The notes: generated by a model from the letters alone, not told the origin. Shown: positions 18,352 through 28,108, numbered from the stretch's first letter. The stretch is 64,000 nucleotides of DNA from Hydrogenophilales bacterium CG_4_10_14_3_um_filter_63_21 (GCA_002784045.1 PFJX01000113.1:2619-66618), one strand, 5' to 3'. Program-made: numbers and translations.

Positions 18352-19082
18352 TGATCTCCAGAAGTAGGATGTGGTGAGCGTAGCGAACCGCATCGACTGT
18401 GGTCGCCTGTGGAAGGTGCGGTTCGTTCCTCTGATGAAGCCCCTACCGTTCGGTAACCACATCCTACGTTCAGCAATGCTTCCTGGTGCGCGGCGAAGTA
18501 CTGAAGCGCCTTGTGTGTGGCCTTGACTACGGCGCGTGGGGTGATGGTGGCGCCGGCCATGGAGTCGAAGCGGCCGCCGTCTTTGCGGACTTGCCACTGA
18601 TCGGCTGGGGTGTCGGCCAGGCTGCGAGCGTCGAACTGGGTAATCCACTTGTTCTTGGCGATTTCGATGTAATCGCCCAGGCCGGGGGTTTCGTGGTGCG
18701 CTGTCACGCGTACGCCGGCGATGCGGCCATCGGCGTGAATCCCCACCAGCAGGCGGATTTCACCGGCATAGCCGTCGGGCGCGGCGGCTTCCAGCACGAC
18801 CGCCGTTGATTTGCCTTCTTTTTGTGCGACATAGGACAGCCCCGGCCGTTTCAGGCCGAGTAAAGCGTTGACCGGCAGGGGGCGGGCGTCGCCCACCAGA
18901 TCGTTGTCGAAGCTGCCGGGCGGCAGGGTCTGCGAAATCAGCGCCAGTTTTTCCGCTTGTTCCGTGATTTCGATGGCCGGGTGGGTGAGGGTGTACGCCC
19001 CGGACAGGAGGCCGGCGCCGACCACGCAAAACAGCAGCAGAGTCAGCGCCGTGGAGAGCGTTTCGCGGATCGAAGGGATCAT
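18348..19082 (-). CDS. rnfG: Rnf complex subunit G (FMN-binding), with a repeat-derived C-terminal tail
   Basis: ATG 19082 (MIPSIRETLSTAL...) overlaps the rnfD stop as ATGA. It has a DSMAGATITPRAV FMN-attachment-type motif. The last ~39 codons are read through a REP doublet (18364-18457). Confidence 0.85.
   Translation of the reverse strand: MIPSIRETLSTALTLLLFCVVGAGLLSGAYTLTHPAIEITEQAEKLALISQTLPPGSFDNDLVGDARPLPVNALLGLKRPGLSYVAQKEGKSTAVVLEAAAPDGYAGEIRLLVGIHADGRIAGVRVTAHHETPGLGDYIEIAKNKWITQFDARSLADTPADQWQVRKDGGRFDSMAGATITPRAVVKATHKALQYFAAHQEALLNVGCGYRTVGASSEERTAPSTGDHSRCGSLRSPHPTSGDQ
18364..18457. repeat. GTAG-headed REP doublet inside the rnfG 3' end
   Basis: gtaggatgtggt (18364-18375) is the reverse complement of accacatcctac (18446-18457). 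There is an inner pair cgaaccgca / tgcggttcg. Confidence 0.75.
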
Positions 19083-20116
19083 GCCTTGCCCCGCTTGCCA
19101 CCGTGTTTGTGGCCAAACACGCGCGGCTGTGTGTAGGCGTCGATGAAGGGGACCGCCACGTTCATCAGCAAGACGGCGAAGGCGACGCCATCGGGATAGC
19201 CGCCGAAGGTGCGGATGATGACCGTGAGAAAGCCGGCCAGGCCCGCGTAGATCAACTTGCCGCGCGGCGTGCTGGCGGCGGTGACCGGGTCGGTGGCGAT
19301 GAAGAAGGCGCCCAGCATGGCGCCGCCGGAGAACAGGTGGAACAGCGGGCTGGCATGAAGCGCCGGGTCGAGCAGATGCAGCAGGCCGGCGGTGGCGGCG
19401 ATACCGGCCAGGAACGCGAACGGGATATGCCAGGTGATGAGGCGGTTGGACACGAGTAGCAGGCCGCCGACCAGATACATCGACGCGACGATTTCCTGGC
19501 CGCGCCCGCCAGCCCAGCCGAAGATCGGCTGGCCGAGGATGTCGGCCGCGTCCTTGCCGAGGCGCACCTGGGTTTTCCAGGTATCCAGCGCAGTGGCCGA
19601 GGTATAGGCATCCGGGCTGATCGAACCGGCACCAGCAAACACCAGATCGAAGGCTTCCCACAGATTCGGCGTGGCTTGGGCCACCCCCAGGGGCGCGGCC
19701 CATTGCGTCATGGCCAGCGGGAAACTGATGATCAGGGCCGCATAACCCACCATCGCCGGGTTGAACGGGTTCTGCCCGAGGCCGCCGTAGAGGTGTTTGG
19801 CCACCGCCACCGCGAAGAACACGCCGAGCAGATATAGCCACCACGGCGCCAGCGTGGGCAGAGCCAGGGCCAGCAGGCAGGCGGTGACCAGCACCGAGCC
19901 ATCGCTGAGGAAGGGCTTCAGGGGGATGCCACGCATCAACAGGATGAACGCCTCGAAACCGATGGCGAAGGCGCCGCACAGCAATAGGCTGACCAGGATG
20001 CCGGGGCCGAAAAACCAGACCTGGGCGATGACGCCGGGAATCAGCGCGGCGAGCACCTTCAGCATCACCAAGGTGACGGAGTTGTTCTCGCTCAGGATGT
20101 AGGGGGAGCCGTTCAT
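19079..20116 (-). CDS. rnfD: Rnf complex subunit D
   Basis: ATG 20116 ([18 protein letters not shown]...), 345 aa, polytopic. It has ATGA overlaps on both sides. Confidence 0.9.
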   Translation of the reverse strand: MNGSPYILSENNSVTLVMLKVLAALIPGVIAQVWFFGPGILVSLLLCGAFAIGFEAFILLMRGIPLKPFLSDGSVLVTACLLALALPTLAPWWLYLLGVFFAVAVAKHLYGGLGQNPFNPAMVGYAALIISFPLAMTQWAAPLGVAQATPNLWEAFDLVFAGAGSISPDAYTSATALDTWKTQVRLGKDAADILGQPIFGWAGGRGQEIVASMYLVGGLLLVSNRLITWHIPFAFLAGIAATAGLLHLLDPALHASPLFHLFSGGAMLGAFFIATDPVTAASTPRGKLIYAGLAGFLTVIIRTFGGYPDGVAFAVLLMNVAVPFIDAYTQPRVFGHKHGGKRGKA

Positions 20117-21774
20117 GATGGCGAGTTGCCGGTTTCGGGTTGCGTGATTTCGGCGCCGGCGCGGCGCGCCTCGATCTCGGCGATCTGCTTCTCCACCGCC
20201 GGAGGCAGGTTTTCGGTGTTCTGCGGGGTAACGCTTTCCTTGGCCTTCTTCGCGCGCTCCAGTGCGGCTTGCAGGATGGCTTTTTTGTGTTCGGCTTCCG
20301 GGTCGCTGGCGGTTTCCGCGCCACCCAAGGCCGCCGCGGCATCCCTGGCCTTGTTCTCGGCGACCTTGGCGGCGAGTTTTCCCGCTTTTTCCCGCTTCTC
20401 CCGCTCCAGGCGGAAGGCCTTGAATTCGTGGCGCGCGCGGGCCTGGTCGGCGTCCTGCTTGTGGCGCTCGCGTTCCCAGATTTCGCTCTTGGCGAAGCGG
20501 AAGAAATCCACCAGCGGGATGTGGCTGGGGCAGACATAGGTGCAGCAGCCGCATTCGATGCAATCGAACAGGTCGTAACTCTGCGACTTGCCGAAATCCT
20601 TGGCGCGCGCGAACCAGTACATCTCGAACGGTTGCAGATCGGCCGGGCAGGCGCGCGCGCAGGCGCCGCAGCGGATGCAGGGCAGGATCAGGGGACTGGC
20701 CGGGAAGTGGGCGCGATCCTTGACGATGAGGCAGTTCACCGCCTTGGTGATGGGCGACGCGCGGTCTTCCAGGTCGAAGCCCATCATCGGGCCGCCGACC
20801 AGTTCGCCGGTGGCGCCCGGCAGCGCGCCGCCCGCCGCCGCCAGCAGGTCCGTCACCGGCGTGCCCAGGCGCACTTCGTAATTGCCGGGCGTGGCGACGT
20901 GGCCGGTCACCGTCACCACCCGGGAAAGCATCGGTTCGCCCAGAACCACGGCGCGATACAGCGCATAGGCGGTGCCGACGTTGAACACCTGCACCCCGAC
21001 ATCGGTGGAGCGGCCGCCGGTGGGCGTCTCGCGGCCGGTGAGAATATAGGTGAGCTGCTTGCCGCCGCCGGTGGGATAAAGGGTCGGCACGGCCACCACT
21101 TCGGCCTCGTTTGCCACCGCCGCGCGCAGGGCGGCGATGGCTTCCGGCTTGTTGTCCTCGATGCCGATCAGCACCTCGCGGGCTCCCAGCATGTGGCGCA
21201 TCACCGCCACCCCTTGCAGGATTTCTGCCGCGCGCTCGCGCATCAGGCGGTCGTCGCAGGTAATCCAGGGCTCGCACTCGGCGCCGTTGAGGATCAGGGT
21301 GTCGATGCCGGCGCCTTCCGGATTCAGCTTGATGAAACTGGGGAATACCGCGCCGCCGAGGCCGGCCAGGCCCAGGTCGCGAATGCGGTTGCGTAGCGCG
21401 GAAGGATTGAGTGCTTGCCAGTCGAGCGGCTGGAATTCGATGGCTTGATCGAGCCCGTCCGACTCGATCACCACGCACAGGTCGGCCAGGCCGGAGGGAT
21501 GCGGTACCTCATGCGGCGCCACCGCCAGCACGCGGCCGGAGGTGGGGGCGTGCACGGCGGTGGAGACATACCCTTCCGCCGCCCCGATCATCTGCCCGCG
21601 TAGCACCGTGTCGCCCGCTTGCACCAGCGCCCGCGCCGGGCCGCCGATGTGCTGCCGCAGCGCCACCAGGTAGCGCGGCAGCAAGGGCATGAGGCGAATC
21701 GGCGTGGCGTTGGAGACATCCTTGTGGCCTTCGGGATGGACGCCGCCGTTGAAGGTGAGAAGCTTTCTGCTCAT
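20113..21774 (-). CDS. rnfC: Rnf complex subunit C
   Basis: ATG 21774 ([18 protein letters not shown]...). Two ferredoxin motifs, [12 protein letters not shown] and [12 protein letters not shown], plus a Lys/Ala/Glu-rich C-terminal tail. Confidence 0.9.
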   Translation of the reverse strand: MSRKLLTFNGGVHPEGHKDVSNATPIRLMPLLPRYLVALRQHIGGPARALVQAGDTVLRGQMIGAAEGYVSTAVHAPTSGRVLAVAPHEVPHPSGLADLCVVIESDGLDQAIEFQPLDWQALNPSALRNRIRDLGLAGLGGAVFPSFIKLNPEGAGIDTLILNGAECEPWITCDDRLMRERAAEILQGVAVMRHMLGAREVLIGIEDNKPEAIAALRAAVANEAEVVAVPTLYPTGGGKQLTYILTGRETPTGGRSTDVGVQVFNVGTAYALYRAVVLGEPMLSRVVTVTGHVATPGNYEVRLGTPVTDLLAAAGGALPGATGELVGGPMMGFDLEDRASPITKAVNCLIVKDRAHFPASPLILPCIRCGACARACPADLQPFEMYWFARAKDFGKSQSYDLFDCIECGCCTYVCPSHIPLVDFFRFAKSEIWERERHKQDADQARARHEFKAFRLEREKREKAGKLAAKVAENKARDAAAALGGAETASDPEAEHKKAILQAALERAKKAKESVTPQNTENLPPAVEKQIAEIEARRAGAEITQPETGNSPS

Positions 21775-22319
21775 GCCACCCTCCGGATCGCATGGACCGG
21801 ATAGCGCCATTTCCAGGTAGCCACGCCTTCCTTGACCACTTCCATGTGGATGCAGTCCACCGGGCACGGCGGTAGGCAGAGTTCGCAGCCGGTGCATTGG
21901 TCGGCGACGATGACGTGCAACTGTTTGGCGGCGCCGACGATGGCATCCACCGGGCAGGCCTGGATGCACAGGGTGCAGCCGATGCAGGTGTTGTCGTCGA
22001 TCACCGCGACCGATTTCGGCTTCGGCTCCAGACCCTCGCCGAGCGGCTTCGGATCGACGCCGAGTAATTCCGCCAGGCGCTTCACCCCGTCCTCGCCGCC
22101 GGGCGGGCACTTGTTGATGTCCGCCTCGCCACGGGCGATGGCTTCGGCATACGGCTTGCAGCCGGGGAAACCGCACTGGCCGCACTGGGTCTGCGGCAGG
22201 ATGGCGTCGATTTTCTCGACTAGCGGGTCGTCTTCGACGCGGTATTTGATCGACGCCCAGCCGAGCACGGCGCCCAGCACCAGGCCGATGCCGGCCATCA
22301 CCAGGATCGCCGACAGCAT
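21771..22319 (-). CDS. rnfB: Rnf complex subunit B
   Basis: 182 aa. N-terminal TM segment, CGQCGFPGC cluster, and [12 protein letters not shown] / [12 protein letters not shown] ferredoxin motifs. Confidence 0.9.
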   Translation of the reverse strand: MLSAILVMAGIGLVLGAVLGWASIKYRVEDDPLVEKIDAILPQTQCGQCGFPGCKPYAEAIARGEADINKCPPGGEDGVKRLAELLGVDPKPLGEGLEPKPKSVAVIDDNTCIGCTLCIQACPVDAIVGAAKQLHVIVADQCTGCELCLPPCPVDCIHMEVVKEGVATWKWRYPVHAIRRVA

Positions 22320-22894
22320 TACTTGATCAACCCCGCGAACCCCATGAACGCCAGGCTCATCAGGCCGGCGGTGACCATGGCGATGGAGACGCCCTTGAAC
22401 GGTTTCGGCACTTCCGCCGCTTCCAGGCGTTCGCGCATGGCGGCGAACAAGATCAGCACCAGGGTGAACCCGAGCGCGCCACCCATGCCGAAGAACAGCG
22501 ATTCCATGAAGTTGTGCTGCTCCATCACGTTGAGCAGCGGAATGCCGAGTACCGCGCAGTTGGTGGTGATCAAGGGCAGATAGATGCCCAGCACGCGGAA
22601 CAGCACCGGCGAGGTTTTCTTGATGAACATCTCGGTGAAACCGACGATGCCGGCAATGACCACGATGAACGACAGGGTGCGCAGATAGCCGAGATCCGCG
22701 CCAAGTAAATAGGTATCGATCAGATTACTGACACCAGAGGCCAGGGTCAGCACGAAGGTGGTGGCCGCGCCCATGCCGATTGCCGTTTCCAGCTTGCGCG
22801 ATACGCCCATGAATGGGCACAGGCCCAATATCTTGGACATCACGATGTTGTTCACGAACACCGTGGCGATGAGGATGAGCAGGTAGTTTTCCAT
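22319..22894 (-). CDS. rnfA: Rnf complex subunit A
   Basis: 191 aa ([32 protein letters not shown]...). One-nucleotide TAATG overlap with rnfB. Confidence 0.9.
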   Translation of the reverse strand: MENYLLILIATVFVNNIVMSKILGLCPFMGVSRKLETAIGMGAATTFVLTLASGVSNLIDTYLLGADLGYLRTLSFIVVIAGIVGFTEMFIKKTSPVLFRVLGIYLPLITTNCAVLGIPLLNVMEQHNFMESLFFGMGGALGFTLVLILFAAMRERLEAAEVPKPFKGVSIAMVTAGLMSLAFMGFAGLIK

Positions 22895-23000
22895 TTGGGC
22901 GGGGGCGTGCGGCGGGCGCGATTATCGCCCCCCGCCTGGCCCGGCAACAACCCTGCCAGCCATGCAGCCATGCGCCGCTCGGGCGCGCCTCAGGCCGCGC

Positions 23001-24932
23001 TCAGCCACCGATGCTTTCCAGCGTTTCCTGCCGCTCCAGCCATTCGGCTTCAAGTTGTTCGAGTCCCTTGGCCAGGCTGGCTTGCTCGAACAGGTGGGCT
23101 TTGAGCGCGTCTTTCTGTGTCTCGGTGTAGAGCGCGGGGTCGGTGAGCAGGGTTTCCAGTTCCGCGCGGCGCGTGTTGTGCCGCGCCATCTGTTCTTCCA
23201 GGCGCTTGATACGGGTTTCAATGGGTTTTCTTTGCGCGGACAGACGCTGCCGGGCTTCGGCTTCCTGGCGCTTCTGTTCCTTGCGGTCGACCGGCGCTGA
23301 GGCGGCGGTGGATTCTCGCGCGGCCGGTTTGCCCAGTTTGGTTTTGAACAACCAGTCACGGTAATCGTCGAGATCGCCGTCAAAGGATTTCAGGCCACCT
23401 TCGGCGACGATCAGAAATTCTTCAGTGGTGGCGCGTAGCAGGTGGCGGTCGTGTGAGACCAGCACCAGCGTGCCTTCGAACTGGGCCAGCGCCACGGTCA
23501 GCGCCTCGCGGGTTTCCAGGTCGAGGTGGTTGGTGGGTTCGTCGAGCAACAGCAGGTTGGGGCGTTGCCAGACGATCAGGGCCAGGGCCAGGCGCGCCTT
23601 TTCGCCGCCGGAGAAAGGGGCGATCGGGGTGGTGGCCATCTCGCCGGCGAAGTTGAAGCCGCCGAGGAAGTTGCGCAGTTCCTGTTCCCGCACCGTCGGC
23701 GCGAGTTTGGCCAGGTGCCAGAGCGGGGTCTGGTCGTGGCGCAGCATTTCCACCTGGTGCTGGGCGAAGTAGCCGATCGAAAGGCCCTTGCCCTGGCTGA
23801 CTTTGCCCGAGAGTGGCGGTAGTTCGCCGACCAGGGTCTTGATCAGGGTGGACTTGCCGGCGCCGTTCACACCCAGGAGGCCGATGCGGCTCCCGGCCTG
23901 GAGGGTGAGGTTAAGGCCCGCGAGGATCACTTTGTCCGCTGCCCCCTCCGTCCGGTAACCCGCTACCCCCTCTTCCAGCACCAGCAGCGGGTTTGGCGCC
24001 CGCTCCGGTTCGCGGAATTCAAAACTGAAGCCGGCGGTGGCGTGGAGGGGGGCAAGTTCTTCCATCTTGGCCAGCATCTTCATCCGCGATTGTGCTTGTT
24101 TGGCTTTGCTGGCCTTGGCTTTGAAGCGGTCGATGAAGGATTGCAGGTGGGCGCGTTCCCGCGATTGTTTTTCGAATGTAGCCTGGCCGAGCGCGAGGTC
24201 GATGGCACGCTGTTTCTCGAAGGCGGAGTAGTTGCCGCCGTAGCGCTTGAGCTTCTTGTCCCAGAGGTGGGCGATGACGTTGGTCACGCCATCGAGAAAA
24301 TCGCGGTCGTGGGAAATGATGATCAGCGTGCCGGGGTAGCGTTTCAGCCAGTCTTCCAGCCAGAGGATGGCGTCGAGGTCGAGGTGGTTGGTGGGCTCGT
24401 CGAGCAACAAGAGGTCGGACGGGCAGATCAGCGCCTGTGCCAGGTTAAGACGCATGCGCCAGCCGCCGGAGAAGCTGGCGACCGCTTGCCGCATCTGGGC
24501 GTGGCTGAAACCCAGGCCGGTGAGCAGCGTCTCGGCGCGTGCGCGCACGGTGTAGGCGTCGGCATCGGCCAGGGCGGTATGGAGTTCGCCGATGAGGTTG
24601 CCAACCTCGTGGCCGTCGTGGGCGGCTTCGGCGTCGGCGAGTTGGCTTTCCAGGCGGCGCAGTGTGGTGTCACCGTCGATGGCGTAATCCAGTGCCGGGC
24701 GGTCGAGCGCCGGGGTTTCCTGGGCGACATGGGCAATGCGCCAGGCGGCCGGGAAATCGACCTCGCCGGCATCGGGATGCAAGTCGCCGCGCAGTAGCGC
24801 GAACAGGCTGGATTTTCCGGAACCATTGGCGCCGATGAGGCCAACTTTTTCGCCGGGATTGAGGGTGAGATCAGCACTTTCCAGTAAAGGTTTGGTGCCA
24901 CGGATGAGGGTGAGTTTCTGCAGGCGGATCAT
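23001..24932 (-). CDS. ABC-F family ATPase (YheS-like)
   Basis: ORF 23001..24941. Two ABC cassettes (GANGSGKSS and GVNGAGKST), no TM segments, and a C-terminal coiled coil. Confidence 0.85.
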   Translation of the reverse strand: MIRLQKLTLIRGTKPLLESADLTLNPGEKVGLIGANGSGKSSLFALLRGDLHPDAGEVDFPAAWRIAHVAQETPALDRPALDYAIDGDTTLRRLESQLADAEAAHDGHEVGNLIGELHTALADADAYTVRARAETLLTGLGFSHAQMRQAVASFSGGWRMRLNLAQALICPSDLLLLDEPTNHLDLDAILWLEDWLKRYPGTLIIISHDRDFLDGVTNVIAHLWDKKLKRYGGNYSAFEKQRAIDLALGQATFEKQSRERAHLQSFIDRFKAKASKAKQAQSRMKMLAKMEELAPLHATAGFSFEFREPERAPNPLLVLEEGVAGYRTEGAADKVILAGLNLTLQAGSRIGLLGVNGAGKSTLIKTLVGELPPLSGKVSQGKGLSIGYFAQHQVEMLRHDQTPLWHLAKLAPTVREQELRNFLGGFNFAGEMATTPIAPFSGGEKARLALALIVWQRPNLLLLDEPTNHLDLETREALTVALAQFEGTLVLVSHDRHLLRATTEEFLIVAEGGLKSFDGDLDDYRDWLFKTKLGKPAARESTAASAPVDRKEQKRQEAEARQRLSAQRKPIETRIKRLEEQMARHNTRRAELETLLTDPALYTETQKDALKAHLFEQASLAKGLEQLEAEWLERQETLESIGG

Positions 24933-25031
24933 GGCGTGCAATTATCCCCGAAATGCCGTTTTTTCCTGTCTTTGCATCTCGCAGACCACCTCTTGGCCTA
25001 GGATTAATGCAACGCGTCCACGGAGGCCGAT

Positions 25032-26750
25032 ATGCGCCGCCCCATCAGCCTGAAAATCTTCAGCATCACCACGGCCCTGTTGGCGTTGATGGTGATCGTC
25101 ACCTGGCTATCGGTTTTCAATTTCCGCCTGTTGAACAACCAGGTTCAGGCGCTTGCCGATTACTACCTGCCCTTGCAGGAGCAGGTGGCCAGCGTCGAAA
25201 TCCTGGTGCGCCAGCAGATCGTGCACATGGAGCGGGTCGTGGCCGGCATGCAGTCGGCCAAGCCGGATGCCGAGTTTCTCGCGAAGGAATCGGGCAATTT
25301 CGACAATCGCGGCGTCAATGCCGACCAGATCGTCGATTCGTCCCTAAGACTGCTGGCAGAGGCGGATGCGGCCAGGGATATCGAACTGGATCGCGTCACC
25401 CTGGCCGTGCTGGGCCGGCAGTTGCCGGCGATCCAGACCGCGCGTCAGCGTTTCCACGCCGCCTTCCGCATGTACCAGATCGAGGCGGAGGAGGGTAACC
25501 GCCGCTCGGAGAAAGTCGTCAGGGAAGCCTTATCGCACGAGAAGGACAACCTGGACGTGGAAATCCAGAAGGTCATCGACCTGCTCAACAAACTCACGCA
25601 AGACACCGCCCAGCAAGCCAAGGCGGAGGAAGCGCGCGCCACCCGGCTGAACTGGATAGTCACCGGCATTGCCACCGTACTCGGCCTGATCTTTGCCTTT
25701 CTGGTGACACGCTCCCTGGTCGAACCGATCAAGCGTTTGCTCGGCGGCACCCAGGCGGTGGAGAAGGGCGACCTGGGCGTGGAAATCCTGGTGCATACCC
25801 GCGACGAGATCGCCGTGCTGGCGGATTCCTTCAACCACATGGTGGTGGGGCTGCGCGAGAAAGAGCACATCAGGGAGACCTTCGGCCAATACGTCGATCC
25901 GCGCATCGTCCGCGGCCTGCTGGAAAACCGCTTGCCGGCGGAAGGTGGCCAGCGTCGGGTGATGTCGGTCTTCTTCTCCGACCTGGCCGATTTCGCTCGC
26001 ATGTGCGAATGCCTGACGCCGGACGCGTCGGTGCGCTTCCTCAACCGCTATTTTTCCCTGATGGCCGAGGTCATCCGCTCGCGCCAAGGCATCATCGACA
26101 AATTCATCGGCGATTCCGTGATGGCGTTCTGGGGCGCGCCCTTCACCGAGGAAACCGGCCACGCCGAACTGTGCTGCGCCGCCGCGCTCGATCAGATGGC
26201 CCAGTTTGAGGCATTCCGCGCCGATCTGCCGAATCTGCTCGGCGTGCGTTTCGGCCTGCCCAAGGTGGACATCCGCATGGGCATCGCCAGCGGCGAGGTC
26301 ACGGTGGGCAACATCGGTTCGGAAACGGCGCGCGGCTACACGGTGATCGGCGATACCGTGAACCTGGCCTCGCGCCTGGAACAGGCCAACAAGTTTTACG
26401 GTACGCGCATCCTGGTCAGCGCGGAAACCCGCCATCTGGCCGGGGAAAGTCTGGCCTTCCGGGAAATCGACACGCTGCGCGTCATCGGCAAGATCGAGCC
26501 GATCCGGGTGTACGAACTATTGGGTTATCACGTTGATTCGACGGCCGCCGAACTGATTACGCTGTTCGAAACCGGCCTGGCGCACTACCGCAAACAGGAT
26601 TGGGACGCGGCCGAGACCGCCTTCAACGCCTGTCTGAAACTCTTTCCGGAAGATCGGCCGAGCGCTGTGTTTCTCGACCGGATACGGACATTTCGCCAGT
26701 CGCCACTGAGTCCGGACTGGGACGGCGTCTGGATCGCGCTGAGCAAGTAA
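25032..26750 (+). CDS. Membrane-anchored HAMP-domain class III adenylate/guanylate cyclase
   Basis: 572 aa. N-terminal TM, extracytoplasmic helical region, second TM, HAMP (...VEKGDLGVEILVHTRDEIAVLADSFNHM...), then a cyclase core (VFFSDLADFARM ... GDSVMAFWGAP ... IGDTVNLASRLE). Confidence 0.8.
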   Translation: MRRPISLKIFSITTALLALMVIVTWLSVFNFRLLNNQVQALADYYLPLQEQVASVEILVRQQIVHMERVVAGMQSAKPDAEFLAKESGNFDNRGVNADQIVDSSLRLLAEADAARDIELDRVTLAVLGRQLPAIQTARQRFHAAFRMYQIEAEEGNRRSEKVVREALSHEKDNLDVEIQKVIDLLNKLTQDTAQQAKAEEARATRLNWIVTGIATVLGLIFAFLVTRSLVEPIKRLLGGTQAVEKGDLGVEILVHTRDEIAVLADSFNHMVVGLREKEHIRETFGQYVDPRIVRGLLENRLPAEGGQRRVMSVFFSDLADFARMCECLTPDASVRFLNRYFSLMAEVIRSRQGIIDKFIGDSVMAFWGAPFTEETGHAELCCAAALDQMAQFEAFRADLPNLLGVRFGLPKVDIRMGIASGEVTVGNIGSETARGYTVIGDTVNLASRLEQANKFYGTRILVSAETRHLAGESLAFREIDTLRVIGKIEPIRVYELLGYHVDSTAAELITLFETGLAHYRKQDWDAAETAFNACLKLFPEDRPSAVFLDRIRTFRQSPLSPDWDGVWIALSK

Positions 26751-26804
26751 CGCGGCGAGAAAGGCCCGGACAAGGCTCGCCGCGACGGCCGGCGCTCATC
26801 TAGT

Positions 26805-26837
26805 CCTCAGTTGGCCCTCAGTTGGCCCTCAGTTGGC
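26805..26837. repeat. 3 x 11-bp perfect tandem repeat (cctcagttggc) spanning a stop codon
   Basis: Copies at 26805-26815, 26816-26826 and 26827-26837. The TGA stop of the minus-strand gene (26831..26829) lies in the third copy. Confidence 0.9.
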
Positions 26838-27125
26838 AATATCCCAGTCGGAATGGCAGGTGCAGGTCGGACTGATCGTGTTGTCACAGCAGACGATCTT
26901 GCCCGCGCGGCAGCCGCAAATACCTTTGTGCCCCTTGCAGCAATCGGCCTGGCTGACCTGGGCGGTGGCGAGGCGTTGGCCGACCGGCGCGGGGCAGGCT
27001 TGTGGCAGGGACAATGCAGCGGGCGCCGGTGACTGGGTGCTCGCCGCGGCGCCATCGGTATCGGCCAGCAAGGCTCCGGAATAGATCAACGTGGCCAGCA
27101 GCAACAGCTTGATCGGCATTTTCAT
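26829..27125 (-). CDS. Small secreted cysteine-rich protein (98 aa)
   Basis: ORF 26829..27518 trimmed to ATG 27125 (MKMPIKLLLLATLIYSGALLA signal peptide, GGAGTA upstream). The C-terminal 38 residues, DCCKGHKGICGCRAGKIVCCDNTISPTCTCHSDWDIAN, hold 8 Cys. Confidence 0.6.
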   Translation of the reverse strand: MKMPIKLLLLATLIYSGALLADTDGAAASTQSPAPAALSLPQACPAPVGQRLATAQVSQADCCKGHKGICGCRAGKIVCCDNTISPTCTCHSDWDIAN

Positions 27126-27223
27126 GATGGGTACTCCAGGAAAGAGGCCATCCCAATATATGCCATCCAGACGCCAAGTCGGCGCTTCCGTGTCACTGAT
27201 CAGGGACTGGCTCGGGTTGCTGG

Positions 27224-27260
27224 AAGCAAAAGAAAAACGGCTGCCGAAGCAGCCGTTTTT
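27224..27260 (-). terminator. Rho-independent terminator of the Met-rich protein gene
   Basis: The minus strand reads aaaaacggctgc-ttcg-gcagccgttttt followed by cttttgc. It lies 18 nt after the stop at 27278. Confidence 0.8.
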
Positions 27261-27277
27261 CCTGATGCGATCCCGTG

Positions 27278-28108
27278 TTACTTGGCGGGAGCGGCCGGAG
27301 CGGCGGCGGGAGCGGCCGGGACCGGGAACGGGAAGGCGTAGGGCTGGCCGGCGGCGGGAACCTGCAGCATCTGGGTCCAGGCGTTCGGATCGAAGAAGTT
27401 GAAGGCGGGGGCGGCGCCGGCGGCCGGAGCGGCGTAGGTGGGGAAGGTCGGCAGAGCCGGCAGGGTCGGCAGTGTCGGCAGAGCGCCCGTGGCGCCGGGG
27501 GTCATGAAGCCTTTCCACATGTCACCGTAAGAAGCCGGGTTCATGGAAGCGCCCGCCCAGCCCATATACAGGTTGGGGTTGATCGGAGCCGTCATGAGTT
27601 GCATGGAGCGGGGGTCCAGAGGCGACATCATCCACTTCATGTACAGGTTCGGGTTGATGGAATTCATCAGCATGGACATGACCTTGGGGTCCAGCGGCGA
27701 CATGGCCCAGCGCATCATCTTGCCCGGATCAGACAGTTGGGTGAGCACGGCGGTGTAGAAGTTGGGGTCCATACTGGCGGCCAGCCACTTCATGTAGACG
27801 TTGGGGTCGGCGAACTGGGCCATGTTGCTGTAGGCGCCAGGCTGGGTCATGGAATTCATGAAGTTCAGCCAGTTGCCCGGGTCCATCATGTTGTTGCCCA
27901 TGGTGGTGTAGAAGCCGGGTTCGGTGACCGCGTTCAACCAGGGCACGAATACCTTCGGATCTTTGTAGGCGGACATGTTCTGGGTCATGTCGGTCATACG
28001 GGCCAGCCAGGCTTCCGGAGTCTGGGGAATCGGCTTGGCGGGGGCGTCAGCGAAGGCGGCGGGGGCGGCGCAGACCAGCAGGGCGGCGGCGAGGGATTTC
28101 AGTTTCAT
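27278..28108 (-). CDS. Secreted methionine-rich repeat protein with Pro/Ala-rich tail
   Basis: 276 aa with an MKLKSLAAALLVCAAPAAFA signal peptide. About 12 degenerate (D/N)Pxx(Y/W/F)xxW(L/M) units, for example DPNVYMKWLAASMDPNFY, NPNLYMKWMMSPLDPRSM, NPNLYMGWAGASMNPASY. I hand-counted 28 Met. Confidence 0.7.
   Translation of the reverse strand: MKLKSLAAALLVCAAPAAFADAPAKPIPQTPEAWLARMTDMTQNMSAYKDPKVFVPWLNAVTEPGFYTTMGNNMMDPGNWLNFMNSMTQPGAYSNMAQFADPNVYMKWLAASMDPNFYTAVLTQLSDPGKMMRWAMSPLDPKVMSMLMNSINPNLYMKWMMSPLDPRSMQLMTAPINPNLYMGWAGASMNPASYGDMWKGFMTPGATGALPTLPTLPALPTFPTYAAPAAGAAPAFNFFDPNAWTQMLQVPAAGQPYAFPFPVPAAPAAAPAAPAK

Noticed and set aside
18348-20537. 729-aa ORF listed in the track
   Set aside because: Only the last 244 codons, from ATG 19082, are rnfG. 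The upstream 485 codons are an out-of-frame read through rnfD and the rnfC tail, and give a Pro/Arg-rich nonsense sequence.
26805-26837. Possible CRISPR or VNTR array
   Set aside because: It has only three directly abutting 11-bp copies and no spacers, so it is not a CRISPR array. I kept it as a tandem duplication. I saw no CRISPR-like repeat-spacer structure anywhere in the window.
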